From a virus (taxonomy: Duplodnaviria > Caudoviricetes): 55,283 nucleotides of DNA. The notes beneath the pieces were generated by a model. It saw nothing but the letters and a program-made list of their open reading frames with translations, was not told the DNA's origin and searched no databases. Shown here piece by piece: positions 1 through 10,196 of the stretch. A program made the translations under genes and the position numbers. The stretch lies in the IMG/VR virus record IMGVR_UViG_3300012924_000011, positions 1 to 55,283 of that record, one strand, 5' to 3'. Position 1 is the stretch's first letter; every line of letters begins with the position of its first letter.

Positions 1-28
1 ATGTGAAATTTTGACCAAGGCGACGATC

Positions 29-499
29 ATGGGGCAACGATACAAAGGGCGGGAACGCGCTTACAAATCGATAGCGGCGGATATCGAGGATTTCGTTGCC
101 ACGTCCGAAAAGCGCATGATCGCATTGATGCGCCAATCAGTCAGCGACGTAATCGACAACGCACAAACACCGACCGGCAAAGGTGGACGTATGCGCGTCG
201 ATACCGGTTTCCTGCGTGCATCGGGACAGGCATCATTGACCGGATTGCCAACCGGACCGAGCATGAAACCGAATGAAGCAACGCGCCATTCAATCGATGA
301 TGGCAACGCGCCGATTGACCAAAGCGTTGAACTTCGCTTGGGCGAATTGAAAATGGGCGCAACATTCTTCTTTGGGTGGACCGCGAATTACGCGAAATAT
401 CGTGAATTATATGACGGCTTTCTCGAAGGCGCATTGATGAATTGGTCACGGATCGTCGCATTCAACACCGACACAATCAGGCAACGGATTAAAAAATGA
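29..499 (+). CDS. Tail completion/neck protein (HK97 gp10-like)
   Basis: Motifs VDTGFLRAS and GWTANYA..RE..DGF; lies directly before the tail terminator; start at ATG 29 chosen over TTG 11. Confidence 0.7.
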   Translation: MGQRYKGRERAYKSIAADIEDFVATSEKRMIALMRQSVSDVIDNAQTPTGKGGRMRVDTGFLRASGQASLTGLPTGPSMKPNEATRHSIDDGNAPIDQSVELRLGELKMGATFFFGWTANYAKYRELYDGFLEGALMNWSRIVAFNTDTIRQRIKK

Positions 500-909
500 G
501 TATCATTGATGATAGCGCCGTCATAGCCGTGCTTCAAGACGGCATCACCGCAGCCGTTGCTGCATCCACCATGCCAACTTTACCGGTGAAATATCTCGGT
601 CGATCATGGACACCACCAAATGAACAACAATGGCTTGAATTAGTGTTCATTCCGAATAACACGAATGATTTTTGGGGCGATGAACAGAATTATCGCGGCA
701 TGTTCCGCATGGTTCTTCATTGGCCGAACGACGATGAAGGTGTGTATCCGCCGTTAGCAGTGCTGAAATCGATCGCGGGTTATTTCACCAAAGATAGGGC
801 CTTGCAAAACGTTCAAATTTATGAGACGCCCAAGCTTGGTGGAGTGCTGGAAAATGGGGCGGAAACGCTCTATCCCGCTAGCCTTCGCTATCAGTCTTAC
901 AGGCTCTAG
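496..909 (+). CDS. Tail terminator-like protein
   Basis: 137 aa, ATGA overlap with upstream gene, position between neck and tail tube genes. Confidence 0.65.
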   Translation: MSIIDDSAVIAVLQDGITAAVAASTMPTLPVKYLGRSWTPPNEQQWLELVFIPNNTNDFWGDEQNYRGMFRMVLHWPNDDEGVYPPLAVLKSIAGYFTKDRALQNVQIYETPKLGGVLENGAETLYPASLRYQSYRL

Positions 910-922
910 GAAGGGTTACACC

Positions 923-1720
923 ATGCGCCATTTGTTCCTCGCTTCGGCACTCGCCCCGGTGTTCCCCGGCGCGTTCTTCAACACCAATTCGGGCGGCAAG
1001 CTGTTTGTCTGTGCCACGCCGCAGCAAACCGATCTCGTCCAAGCGGGCTATGAAGCCCTGACATGGGTTCAGGTGAAGGGTGTCGGCTCACACGGCGAAG
1101 TCGGCAATTCCACGAACATTCTGACCTATGATACGTGGGATACCGATGTCGTGCAAAAGGCGAAGGGCATGACCGACGCCGGATCGCCGGAAATCGAGTT
1201 GGCGCGTGATCCGCTCGATGCCGGTCAGATCATCATGCAAGCCATCGCATTGACCAATTTCAGCTACGCATTCAAGATCGTCAAGAACGATGCCGTGCCG
1301 GGCGGCGCAACCGGCACGATCCGCTACAATCGCGGGCTTGTCGCCGGGCCGAAAGAACCGATGGGGCGGAACGAAGATTTTGACCTCGAAGTCTTCACGC
1401 TCGCGCTGCAACAGCGTCAAATCACCGTCAATCCGGTGAGCGCAGGCAACCCGCCCGTTCTGACCGTCGCACCGACCATCACCGGCACCGCAACCGTCAC
1501 CAGCGTCCTCACGTCCAGCACCGCAACGTTCACCGGCGATGCGACGATTGTGCGTTCCTATCAGTGGTTCGCGGGTGGTGTGCCGATTGCCGGTGCGACC
1601 AACAGCACGTTCGTTCTTACGTCTACGCAGGTCGGCAAGGTCATGACGGTGGAAGTCACCGGGACTAACCTTGCCGGTTCGGCCAAGGGCACTTCGGCAC
1701 CGACTGTCGCGGTCACCTGA
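923..1720 (+). CDS. Major tail tube protein with C-terminal Ig-like domain
   Basis: TNSGGKLFVC...W.QVKGVGSHGE.G...KAKGMTDAG tail-tube pattern; C-terminal PTITGTA...YQW...IAGAT Ig-like module; purine-rich SD before ATG 923. Confidence 0.85.
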   Translation: MRHLFLASALAPVFPGAFFNTNSGGKLFVCATPQQTDLVQAGYEALTWVQVKGVGSHGEVGNSTNILTYDTWDTDVVQKAKGMTDAGSPEIELARDPLDAGQIIMQAIALTNFSYAFKIVKNDAVPGGATGTIRYNRGLVAGPKEPMGRNEDFDLEVFTLALQQRQITVNPVSAGNPPVLTVAPTITGTATVTSVLTSSTATFTGDATIVRSYQWFAGGVPIAGATNSTFVLTSTQVGKVMTVEVTGTNLAGSAKGTSAPTVAVT

Positions 1721-1750
1721 TCGGGATTTTCACAAGGAAGGAATGACTTC

Positions 1751-1936
1751 ATGACGACCAAGGTGACCGTAAGCGTTAATGGGAATTATAAGATTCCCGT
1801 GAAGCGCGGCAATGAACAACCGGTGATCGTGAGCGGTCGCGATCATGACGGCCCCAAGGTGGTCGATTTTTGGCCGACGCATGGTGACGGCGCAGTGTTC
1901 GTCATCGGGCCGGAAGAACCGGACAACGGCGACTAA
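1751..1936 (+). CDS. Small hypothetical protein
   Basis: 61-aa ORF with AAGGAAGGA SD, followed by a terminator. Confidence 0.6.
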   Translation: MTTKVTVSVNGNYKIPVKRGNEQPVIVSGRDHDGPKVVDFWPTHGDGAVFVIGPEEPDNGD

Positions 1937-1966
1937 TCGGGATTTTGACCGGGTTGACAAGTTTGG

Positions 1967-2000
1967 AAGGGCGGCACATTGTTGCCGCCCTTTCTTTTTT
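1967..2000 (+). terminator. Rho-independent terminator
   Basis: AAGGGCGGCA-cattgt-TGCCGCCCTT stem followed by a T run. Confidence 0.8.
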
Positions 2001-2014
2001 CAGGGAATGACCAA

Positions 2015-2455
2015 ATGGCTGATCTTACACTAATTAAGAGCGGTGATCGCATCATCGAAATCACCAATCCCGCAACTGCCGAAAACATCGGCGTGCGGGT
2101 CACGCTCATGTCCATCGATGATGAACGTATGCAGAAAGTCAAGCGTCGGATCACCGACGAACGCTTGCGTTTGGAACAACGCGGGAAAGTCTTCAAGGCT
2201 GAAGAAATCGAAGAGAACAGGAATAACATTCTCTTCACCGCAATGACCCTTTGGGAGTGGTACAACCCGACCGGTAAGACCGGCGACAAGGGTTATGACG
2301 CCGACGCAATGCCATCATTCGACGGCAACGATAAACCCGAATTCAACCGCCGCAACGTAGTCGAAGTATTGACGAAGTTGCCATGGTTTTCCGATCAGGT
2401 GAATGAAGCGGTCGGCGATACGAAGGCTTTTTTCGCGACCTCCAAGCCGATCTAA
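2015..2455 (+). CDS. Tail assembly chaperone (gpG-like)
   Basis: Between tail tube and tape measure genes; ends near a slippery heptamer. Confidence 0.8.
   Translation: MADLTLIKSGDRIIEITNPATAENIGVRVTLMSIDDERMQKVKRRITDERLRLEQRGKVFKAEEIEENRNNILFTAMTLWEWYNPTGKTGDKGYDADAMPSFDGNDKPEFNRRNVVEVLTKLPWFSDQVNEAVGDTKAFFATSKPI
2428..2434 (+). promoter_or_regulatory. Programmed -1 ribosomal frameshift site T TTT TTC
   Basis: In-frame GCT TTT TTC; the -1 frame stays open and joins ORF 2485..2847, the classic gpG/gpGT arrangement. Confidence 0.8.
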
Positions 2456-2484
2456 TCGAGGCGATCCGCGTTCGCGTCCGGTAT

Positions 2485-2847
2485 TTGACACCCGATGAAA
2501 AGGGGCAAACCCGGCGCGAACGCAACGATCAGTTTGGAGAACCAGCGCCGCCCCTGATTGTGCCTCAATCGGGACAATACCTTTGGGAATGGTATTTCGA
2601 CTTAACCGATAGCATCCGACGCATCCGTGATGGCGTCTGCGAACCTTTTCCGCCTAGCGAATATATGGCGTGGCGACACGCTACGGGGAATATTGTCTAT
2701 GCGCACGAATATGCTATCCTGCGTGCCATGGACGGTGCCTACTGCACCGAAATGAACAACGAGCTTGCCGACTATCGCGAACGTGAACGCGCGAAAGCGC
2801 AAGCGGAAGCCGATAGGAATAGTCGTGGCGGGCGTAAGGGGCGCTAG
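2485..2847 (+). CDS. Tail assembly chaperone frameshift extension (gpT-like)
   Basis: YLWEWYFDL...EY.IL.AMD pattern; weak own start; in the -1 frame of the upstream chaperone. Confidence 0.75.
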   Translation: MTPDEKGQTRRERNDQFGEPAPPLIVPQSGQYLWEWYFDLTDSIRRIRDGVCEPFPPSEYMAWRHATGNIVYAHEYAILRAMDGAYCTEMNNELADYRERERAKAQAEADRNSRGGRKGR

Positions 2848-2852
2848 ATCAT

Positions 2853-5800
2853 ATGGATATTGCCCAACTCGGTTTTGCCGTAGACACTGGTGGTCTTAAA
2901 GATGGTAAAGCATCGCTTGATGCGTTGGTGCCCGCTGCCGAACGCGCTGATAAATCATCGGCGAAACTATCCGCAACACTTGCGAAAGTCGATGCATCCG
3001 CAGATAAATTGATGGCGGCGGCAAATGGTCTTTCGTCGGCAGTTGAAAAAATGTCGAGTGTGCTCGATAAGAGCGGTCGGTCGGCAACAACTACCGCAGC
3101 CGCACAAGGTGTCCTTTCAACTGCCGTCAATAAAGTCAGTGTGACGCTCAATGGTGTCACCACCGCTGCCAATGGTGCGCAAACCGCAACAACGGGCGTT
3201 GCCAGTGCGTCCAGTATGGCCACCGGCGCGTTGAATGGCACCGCCGCAGCCGCAGCCGCTACCGGTGCGCAGTTCGAACAACTTGATGCGCATATGATCG
3301 CCTATCGTGCAAACCTTCGTCAAATGAAGGTCGATGCGATGTCCGCAGGCACCGGTACGCAACAACTTGATGCGCATATGATCGCATATCGCAACCATTT
3401 GGACATGGTTGCAACTGGTGCTCGTAAAGCCGGGCAAGCTATTAGGTTTACCGGTCAGGATGGTTTGAACGCTACTCGCCAACTTGCCGATATCGGTGTG
3501 ACGGCGGCAATGGGCATGTCACCGTTCATGATCGCTATTCAGCAAGGCCCGCAGTTGTTGGACATCTTGCAAAATCGCGCCACGCAAACCGGTGCCACCA
3601 TTGGCGCAGTATTCCGGGCGGCAGGCGTTGCCATTTGGACCGCATTAGCTCCATTGCTGCCGTTTATCATTGGGATCGGTGTGGTGATCGGCGTTGTGGC
3701 GGCTGCGTTCGGTCTTGCAAGTCGCAAGATCACCAATGATGTTGGTGACGTGACGAAATCAATGGATTTGTCAACCAATCAAGCTGAAAAGTTGCGCGAC
3801 CATCTTGATCGTCTCAAAGATAAGAAAATCAATGTCGAGGTTACGGGCGGTGATACTTTCAAAGCGTTCTTCAAAACCATCGGTGAGTATATCGGTGGTA
3901 GCGATACCTTCAAGGGGCTTCGCGATGGTTGGAAAGCAACGCTTGATTGGCTGACCGAAAATGGCATCGCATGGGTGAAAATGTCGGTCGGTATCTTTGC
4001 CGGTGGTGTCAATGCCATCTTAGCGACATGGCAGAACTTCCCCGCTGCGATCGGCGATCTACTCATTCAAGCTGCAAACTTCGGTATTGACAGTTTTAAT
4101 GCGTTGATCGTTTGGGTGCAGAACGTCCCGGCGCAAATTGAAGCGTTCTTCAATGCGATCCCGGCTTTCTTTTCGCGCCTATGGTCCAAGGCTGTCAATT
4201 TCGCGCATGATGCGTTGGTGTGGTTGGTCGATAAAGCGGCGGAAGGTGTCAATTACATCAAAGATAATTGGTACAAGCTAATTGTGATCATTCCTTATGC
4301 CATTTATGAAGGTGTCAAGGAAGCGGCGAAGGGTATCAGTTGGTTGATCAATAAAATCATCGAAGGATTGAATAGTCTCGGTGGTCACTTCAAGAACGCC
4401 GACTTCGGTCACTTCGATAATCCGTTCGCCGGTGCCGCTGCCAAGACGACGGCAACCGGGGCAAAGGCGTTCGTGCAAGGTTATAACGCGGCTGGTGATG
4501 CTATTGATCGCTTCGGTGCGCGTTGGGAAGCCAATGCCAAAAAGATCGCGCAACAGCGTGTTCTAACGGCGGTCGGACCGGCTGGCAAAGAGCCTAAGAC
4601 GCCAAAAGGGCCAAAGACTGATGCCGCTAAATTTGAAGATATCGTGACCGGTGCGCAAAACGATATCGCGGTTCAAAAGGCACGCGCCGATGCCGTCCAA
4701 TTGAGCGCCGAAGCTGCGGCGACATTGGAGCAAAAGACCAAGCTGCTAAATGAAGCACAATCGAAGGGGATCACGCTAACCGATGCTATGCGTACCAAGA
4801 TCGATGAACTTGCTGCGGCATATGGCAAGGCAAAGACTGCGGCGGATGAGGCGATTGCATTGAAGGCAATTCTCAAAGGTGCTGATGCTGATATTGCCGG
4901 GCTGCGGTCACAAGCTGAAATGATCGGGTTGGTTGGTCGTCAACTTGCCTATCAAACAGAAATGCAAAAGCTGTTAAACGAAGCCAAGGCAAAAGGTTTG
5001 ACGGTTGATGCTGCGATGCGCTCGCAATTCGAAGGTAAGGCAAATCAATTCGCTGATCAATCGCAGGCCAATGCGCATGATCAGTTTATGAATGATGTTG
5101 CCAAAGGTTCCGAAGAGCGCATGGTGGCGTTGCAGGCTGAAAAAGCGCAGATCGGTCTTAACGCCGATGAAGTCACGCGGTTGCGTATTGAAAATGAATT
5201 GTTGGCGCAAGCGCGTCAAAAGAACATCGATCTTACGCCTGCCGATCTTGCTGCGATTAGTCAGGTTTCGAAGGAACAAGCGGACGTTGAAAACGCCATC
5301 CGTAAAACTCGCGAAGCGCTCGATTTCGCGAAGGATACGGCGAAGGGGTTCTTCAAGGATATCGTTTCCGGTTTGCAGCAAGGCAAAACGCTTTGGCAAA
5401 GCTTCGCCGACGCGGCGGTGAATGCGCTCAACAAGATCATCGATAAACTTTTGGACAAAGCGATTGATGCTGCGATCAATGCGATCTTCAGTGCTATCGG
5501 TGGTTTTTCCGATGGCGGTGTGTTCAGTAGCAGCGGTGTTCAGTTATTTGCCAAAGGTGGCACGTTCACGAATAGCGTAGTCGATAAACCAACCATGTTC
5601 GCGAGCGGCGGTGCGCTTGGTGTCATGGGTGAAGCCGGGCCGGAAGCGATCGTTCCGTTGAAGCGCGGTAGCGACGGAGCACTAGGCGTCCAAATGCATG
5701 GTGCCAATGGTGGCGGGACGATCATCAACGCGCCGGTGACCATTCAGAATGACAATCGAGTGACCGGCGCAGTCAGTTCCGCCGATATCGTCGCGCTGCA

Positions 5801-5891
5801 ACGATCGTCCGCAGAACAAACGAAAGCACAGCTTTCACGAGACATTCCACGTATCATTCAAGAATATCAGCGTGATGGGGCAAGAGTATGA
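2853..5891 (+). CDS. Tape measure protein
   Basis: 1012 aa, Ala-rich; QLADIGV...GMSPFMIAIQQGPQ N-terminal motif; C-terminal FAKGG...GVMGEAGPEAIVPLKR lambda-type motif. Confidence 0.95.
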   Translation: MDIAQLGFAVDTGGLKDGKASLDALVPAAERADKSSAKLSATLAKVDASADKLMAAANGLSSAVEKMSSVLDKSGRSATTTAAAQGVLSTAVNKVSVTLNGVTTAANGAQTATTGVASASSMATGALNGTAAAAAATGAQFEQLDAHMIAYRANLRQMKVDAMSAGTGTQQLDAHMIAYRNHLDMVATGARKAGQAIRFTGQDGLNATRQLADIGVTAAMGMSPFMIAIQQGPQLLDILQNRATQTGATIGAVFRAAGVAIWTALAPLLPFIIGIGVVIGVVAAAFGLASRKITNDVGDVTKSMDLSTNQAEKLRDHLDRLKDKKINVEVTGGDTFKAFFKTIGEYIGGSDTFKGLRDGWKATLDWLTENGIAWVKMSVGIFAGGVNAILATWQNFPAAIGDLLIQAANFGIDSFNALIVWVQNVPAQIEAFFNAIPAFFSRLWSKAVNFAHDALVWLVDKAAEGVNYIKDNWYKLIVIIPYAIYEGVKEAAKGISWLINKIIEGLNSLGGHFKNADFGHFDNPFAGAAAKTTATGAKAFVQGYNAAGDAIDRFGARWEANAKKIAQQRVLTAVGPAGKEPKTPKGPKTDAAKFEDIVTGAQNDIAVQKARADAVQLSAEAAATLEQKTKLLNEAQSKGITLTDAMRTKIDELAAAYGKAKTAADEAIALKAILKGADADIAGLRSQAEMIGLVGRQLAYQTEMQKLLNEAKAKGLTVDAAMRSQFEGKANQFADQSQANAHDQFMNDVAKGSEERMVALQAEKAQIGLNADEVTRLRIENELLAQARQKNIDLTPADLAAISQVSKEQADVENAIRKTREALDFAKDTAKGFFKDIVSGLQQGKTLWQSFADAAVNALNKIIDKLLDKAIDAAINAIFSAIGGFSDGGVFSSSGVQLFAKGGTFTNSVVDKPTMFASGGALGVMGEAGPEAIVPLKRGSDGALGVQMHGANGGGTIINAPVTIQNDNRVTGAVSSADIVALQRSSAEQTKAQLSRDIPRIIQEYQRDGARV

Positions 5892-6577
5892 CGATCAATC
5901 CTAAAGTTTGGTCGTTTCCGTCGTTTCCGATCAGTAAACAACTTTTCGCCGCGTCCGGTGCTGCGTTCGAAGCAGGCATGACAGTTGGCGGTGTTCGCAT
6001 GATCTCGCCCGAACCGGGCGGTCGTGCGTCATTGGAACTTCAACCATCACTCCAAGTCGGCGAATGGCAATATCCCGTGTCAAGTTGGCTTATGTCAAAG
6101 ATCAATGGTGATATCTTTCGCATTCGCTTGGCACCAACGCCGCAAATCGCGACACGTATCAGCGGTGGTGTACCATGGGGCGCGAGTGGTATCTATCCCG
6201 ATAGCCCATGGTCCAATCAAGAGAATTGGGAGGGTGATGTCGTGGCGCAATTTAAAAGCGTTGCGTTTCAAGGTTCAAACACCGTTCAAATCGATATGTC
6301 GTTCTTAGGGCAAATCTTGCAACATGGTCATGTCATTGGTCATGGTGATAATTGCTATATCGTGGACGATATCAGTTACAATAATACCAACAATATGGCG
6401 ACGGTGGTTGTCAATCCACCTTTTCGTAAGAACGTGGCGATCAATGATCTAGCATTGATGCGTCCATTCTTTCTCGGCACCATTTCGAATGGTGATGAAA
6501 TGCGAACGACGTATGACGCCGAAAACGTCGGTTACATTCAGCTTGGTCGCATCAAATTCAATGAAGTGATACTATGA
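5888..6577 (+). CDS. Distal tail protein-like
   Basis: Immediately after the tape measure gene with ATGA coupling; size typical. Confidence 0.55.
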   Translation: MTINPKVWSFPSFPISKQLFAASGAAFEAGMTVGGVRMISPEPGGRASLELQPSLQVGEWQYPVSSWLMSKINGDIFRIRLAPTPQIATRISGGVPWGASGIYPDSPWSNQENWEGDVVAQFKSVAFQGSNTVQIDMSFLGQILQHGHVIGHGDNCYIVDDISYNNTNNMATVVVNPPFRKNVAINDLALMRPFFLGTISNGDEMRTTYDAENVGYIQLGRIKFNEVIL

Positions 6578-7233
6578 GTGACTTTTACTCCGTCCTGAAC
6601 GATTATCTCGGCATGCAAACGGACGTGATGGATATTCGCGCCGTCGTTCGTCGGTGTTGGTTCTATGACTTCACCGACGAACCGGTTTACCTATGGCAAG
6701 GCCAAGGGCGGTTGTTCACAAGCGATGGTCGTGAGTGGTTGGGCACGATCGATGCGAACGGGAGCGACTATCACAAGACACCGCCGATGCAAGATGGTCG
6801 TGATGGATCATCGCCGATCTACAATATGTCGATACCCATTGTTGATTTGCCCGGTGAACCGGCGTTTCAACTATATGAGGAATTGAAGGCCAATCAGTGG
6901 CGTGTCGCCGGGCGCGGTTTGACATGCTATCTCGCGATCTTCAATCAAGGCGAAGCGCTGCGTCCGCAAACGCCGCTTTCGTTCTTCAAAGATTTCACGA
7001 TGTTCAGCCCTCAATTTTCCGAAAAGGTGGACGTTGACAGCAACGGCACGTTGATCAAAAAATATTCAGTCAGTGTCACGGCCAAAGATAATAATTTTGG
7101 TCGATCGAATACGCCGCGCGGCACTTATGCCGATACCATTCAAAAAGAACGTGCCCGGCAACTTGGCGTCACGCTTGATCGTGGTTCCGAATTTCTTGGG
7201 CTGCTCGCGAACCGGACGTATCAGATACCATGA
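6574..7233 (+). CDS. Tail tip/baseplate protein
   Basis: YLWQGQG.L...G.EW.G motif and C-terminal D.G.EF; synteny. Confidence 0.55.
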   Translation: MSDFYSVLNDYLGMQTDVMDIRAVVRRCWFYDFTDEPVYLWQGQGRLFTSDGREWLGTIDANGSDYHKTPPMQDGRDGSSPIYNMSIPIVDLPGEPAFQLYEELKANQWRVAGRGLTCYLAIFNQGEALRPQTPLSFFKDFTMFSPQFSEKVDVDSNGTLIKKYSVSVTAKDNNFGRSNTPRGTYADTIQKERARQLGVTLDRGSEFLGLLANRTYQIP

Positions 7234-7616
7234 CCGATCATGTCGATGCCACGTTGAAATTATGGCGATCCACGCCGTTCCAATACGGCGATAGCGACTG
7301 CATGCTTTCGATCGGTGACTATCTCGCCTCGCGCGACGTCCTAGACGTTACCGGGCGGTTCCGGGGCACCTATGACGATGAAGCGGGCGCGCTGGCACAC
7401 GTGGCGGCCTGCGGCGGTGTCTGCGGCCTCATAAACCTGACCGGGCTGGCACATACGGACGGCCCGGCGCGTGGTGACGTGGTATGCCTGTTTACCGGTG
7501 AATTCGAAGTCGGCGCGATATGCACCGGCGATATGATCGCAGCACGATTGGAACGCGGCGTGATTGAAGTCGATATGCGTTTGGTGACAATCGTTCAAAG
7601 CTGGAAAGTTCCATAA
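7230..7616 (+). CDS. Tail assembly protein, NlpC/P60-like
   Basis: PFQYGDSDC...RGDVV motif typical of tail-associated NlpC/P60-like proteins. Confidence 0.7.
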   Translation: MTDHVDATLKLWRSTPFQYGDSDCMLSIGDYLASRDVLDVTGRFRGTYDDEAGALAHVAACGGVCGLINLTGLAHTDGPARGDVVCLFTGEFEVGAICTGDMIAARLERGVIEVDMRLVTIVQSWKVP

Positions 7617-9721
7617 TGTCGGCAGTCGTGAAGATCATCACCGGGATCGTCATTGTTGTGGTAGCGATCGTTGCCGCACCGTTCACCGGTGGTTTATCGC
7701 TGTATTTGATCCCGGTCGGTCTATCATTGATCGCGCAAGGGATCATGCAATTGATCCAAGGGAACAAAGGCACGTCCGTTGAGGCGGGCAAGGTCAACGT
7801 GCGTCTTGCTGAACCGATCCGTTGGTTAAATGCCGGGATTGCACGACAAGGCGGAGGCGTCCTATTTGCGGAATTCGATAGCGCTGGAAATCTTTGGTAC
7901 CTGATTGTTCACACTGATAGTCAAATGAACAATCGGTTGAAGGTGTTTCTTGACGATATCGAAGTGACCATGGACGGTTCCGGCAATGTGATCACCAATG
8001 AATTTTGCTTGAATGACAAGAACGAGAGTTACACCGGTTCAGGCACTCGTGTTTCCTATTTCCAGATTTGGACGACCACTTACACTGCAACCAATCCAAC
8101 ACCACCCGGCATCGCTGCGTTGATCGCAGCATTTCCGACCAAATGGACGACCGATCACAAACTAGTCGGGACCACCTATAGCGTTATTCGCGGCAAAGCG
8201 ATCAAAGTGGAGGATCGATACAAGGTTTACAAATGGCGTGGTGCATTAGGGCTTGGTGAACCGTCCATTAGCCTTTTGGCAGAATGGGCGCTTGCCTATG
8301 ATCCGCGCGATGTAACGCAGACGCTTGGCGTTAAATCAACATATAAATTCACCCGCAACGCTGCGTTGATTTGGGCATGGTTCCGAACGCATCCATTCGG
8401 GCGCAATAAGACCAATGCGAGCATCAATTGGACGCGTGTTGCTGAGCAAGCCAATGTTTGCGATGAAGTCGTGACCGGGATCAGCGGAACGCAACCGCGA
8501 TATACATGTAGCGGATCGTTCCCGGAAGACATTGAACGATCCGTTTGCGAACAGCAAATCCTAATGTCGATGGATGCGCAATTAGTGTTCGATGGCGATG
8601 GTAAGTCATGGTGTCGAGCGGGCAAATATTACGCACCATCACTGGTCCTTTCACGCAATCGTGACATCATCGCGATGGAGAGTTTGGAAGCGCAGAATGG
8701 TGAAAGCGAGACGCAAGGCGTCATTCTGCGCTATATGGAACCGGATGCGAAATACATTCTTCAACCGGCTGCACCGTGGTATAACCCGCTCTATTATGTA
8801 TCGGGTCAAGCTGCGCAATTCTTGACCGTCGATGTTCCGACCATCGATAATCACAATCAGGCAATGCGCGTTGCGAAAGCAATGGGGATGCGTTCGCAAC
8901 CGCTGCACAAGCTGGCACCGACCACGGGCCTGCGTGGATTGCAAGCCCGGCAAGAACGCGTGATCAATCTCGTCTATGACAATACCTTTGCCGGTGATTA
9001 TGAAATTTATACACCGGTGGAAGTGAATGATGCTGGCGTGTTTTGCCAATTCGGCCTAGTCCCGATTGACGCTGATCGGTTCGATCTATTGCTTGGCGAA
9101 GAGAAGGTGAAACCGGTGTTCACCGACGCATCAACCACCGTAACACCATCACTACCAAGTGCGGTGACCGTTGCGGTGACCAATGGGCGGATCGAAGCGA
9201 ATTTCACGCCGATTGGACGTGATGACGTTCGCTATGAATTCCAATACATCGATACCGCTGCAATCGCCGGTGACAAATGGTCATCCATGGTGGTCGATCC
9301 GGTGTTGAACTTCGCCTATAGCGATGCCATCGCGATCAACGTGTCATATAGTGTGCGCTGGCGCAGCATTACGTCATCGGGCCGCCCATCCGCTTGGTCC
9401 GTGCCAGTAACCACGATAAACACCACAACGTTCGCACCATCGACCAATTTGACCGTAACGGGTGGTGTCGGTCAATGTAGTATTTCGTGGCGCAATTCTG
9501 TCAGCGCCACGTTTGGATACACCAAGACGTTTCGAGGCACGTCCACTACGTTTGGTTCAGCAACACAAGTCGGTAGCGCGCTCGCGGGTGCGCTAGGGCA
9601 ATATCAAGGCTTCACCGATACAGCGTTAACCGCTGGTACCTATTATTATTGGAACGTGTCTTATGACACCAACAATGTCGCGGCGGCACCAACCGGGCCG
9701 GTTCAAGGGATCGTAACATGA
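7616..9721 (+). CDS. Central tail tip/hub protein (gpJ-like) with C-terminal FN3-like domains
   Basis: Hydrophobic N-terminus, YDPR...NAAL motif, beta-rich C-terminus (YSVRWRS...SAWS, GTYYYW). Confidence 0.75.
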   Translation: MSAVVKIITGIVIVVVAIVAAPFTGGLSLYLIPVGLSLIAQGIMQLIQGNKGTSVEAGKVNVRLAEPIRWLNAGIARQGGGVLFAEFDSAGNLWYLIVHTDSQMNNRLKVFLDDIEVTMDGSGNVITNEFCLNDKNESYTGSGTRVSYFQIWTTTYTATNPTPPGIAALIAAFPTKWTTDHKLVGTTYSVIRGKAIKVEDRYKVYKWRGALGLGEPSISLLAEWALAYDPRDVTQTLGVKSTYKFTRNAALIWAWFRTHPFGRNKTNASINWTRVAEQANVCDEVVTGISGTQPRYTCSGSFPEDIERSVCEQQILMSMDAQLVFDGDGKSWCRAGKYYAPSLVLSRNRDIIAMESLEAQNGESETQGVILRYMEPDAKYILQPAAPWYNPLYYVSGQAAQFLTVDVPTIDNHNQAMRVAKAMGMRSQPLHKLAPTTGLRGLQARQERVINLVYDNTFAGDYEIYTPVEVNDAGVFCQFGLVPIDADRFDLLLGEEKVKPVFTDASTTVTPSLPSAVTVAVTNGRIEANFTPIGRDDVRYEFQYIDTAAIAGDKWSSMVVDPVLNFAYSDAIAINVSYSVRWRSITSSGRPSAWSVPVTTINTTTFAPSTNLTVTGGVGQCSISWRNSVSATFGYTKTFRGTSTTFGSATQVGSALAGALGQYQGFTDTALTAGTYYYWNVSYDTNNVAAAPTGPVQGIVT

Positions 9722-10140
9722 TACGTCTTGATAACGTCGTTGGTGCCGAGTATGATCCGGTAACTACCGATGCTGATGCTTATTCGGCTCCTAGCGACCA
9801 AGTCGTGAGTGATCAACAAGCGGCGATCACCGCATTAGAAGCGGCGGTATTAGCATTGGCGAACAAAATTCGCACCATCACTGCGACCACGACATTGGTC
9901 ATTGGTGACAAGACGATCTTAGCGGACGCCACCTCCGCAGCCATTGTAACCAACTTACCAGCCGCAGCATCGACGGTTGGACAAATCATCACCGTGAAGA
10001 AAATCGATGCGAGCGTCAATACGGTGACCATCGATCCCAATGCGTCCGAATTGATCGATGGCGCAACGACCAATGTACTTTCGACGCAATGGGCAAGTTT
10101 AACATTTCAAAGTAATGGAACGTCTTGGTTTATCATTTGA
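9718..10140 (+). CDS. Minor tail/fibre-associated protein
   Basis: Short coiled coil plus LP.A....G....VKK.D...N.VTI...IDG...SNGT.W module common in fibre proteins. Confidence 0.55.
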   Translation: MIRLDNVVGAEYDPVTTDADAYSAPSDQVVSDQQAAITALEAAVLALANKIRTITATTTLVIGDKTILADATSAAIVTNLPAAASTVGQIITVKKIDASVNTVTIDPNASELIDGATTNVLSTQWASLTFQSNGTSWFII

Positions 10141-10166
10141 CGTAGTGTAACTGATTATTCTATACC
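10137..10166 (+). promoter_or_regulatory. Putative sigma70 promoter for the fibre gene
   Basis: TTGACG, then 18 nt, then TATACC in the intergenic gap. Confidence 0.4.
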
Positions 10167-10196
10167 GCCGATAGTTTTACCTAAAGGGGTTTCATC

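Noticed and set aside
923-976. Sec signal-peptide reading of the PVAF leaders
   Set aside because: They sit on cytoplasmically assembled virion proteins, the hydrophobic cores are short, and they end in an aromatic residue rather than A-x-A.
3277-3385. 25-bp duplication (QLDAHMIAYR twice) in the tape measure gene
   Set aside because: Internal repeats are ordinary in tape measure proteins.
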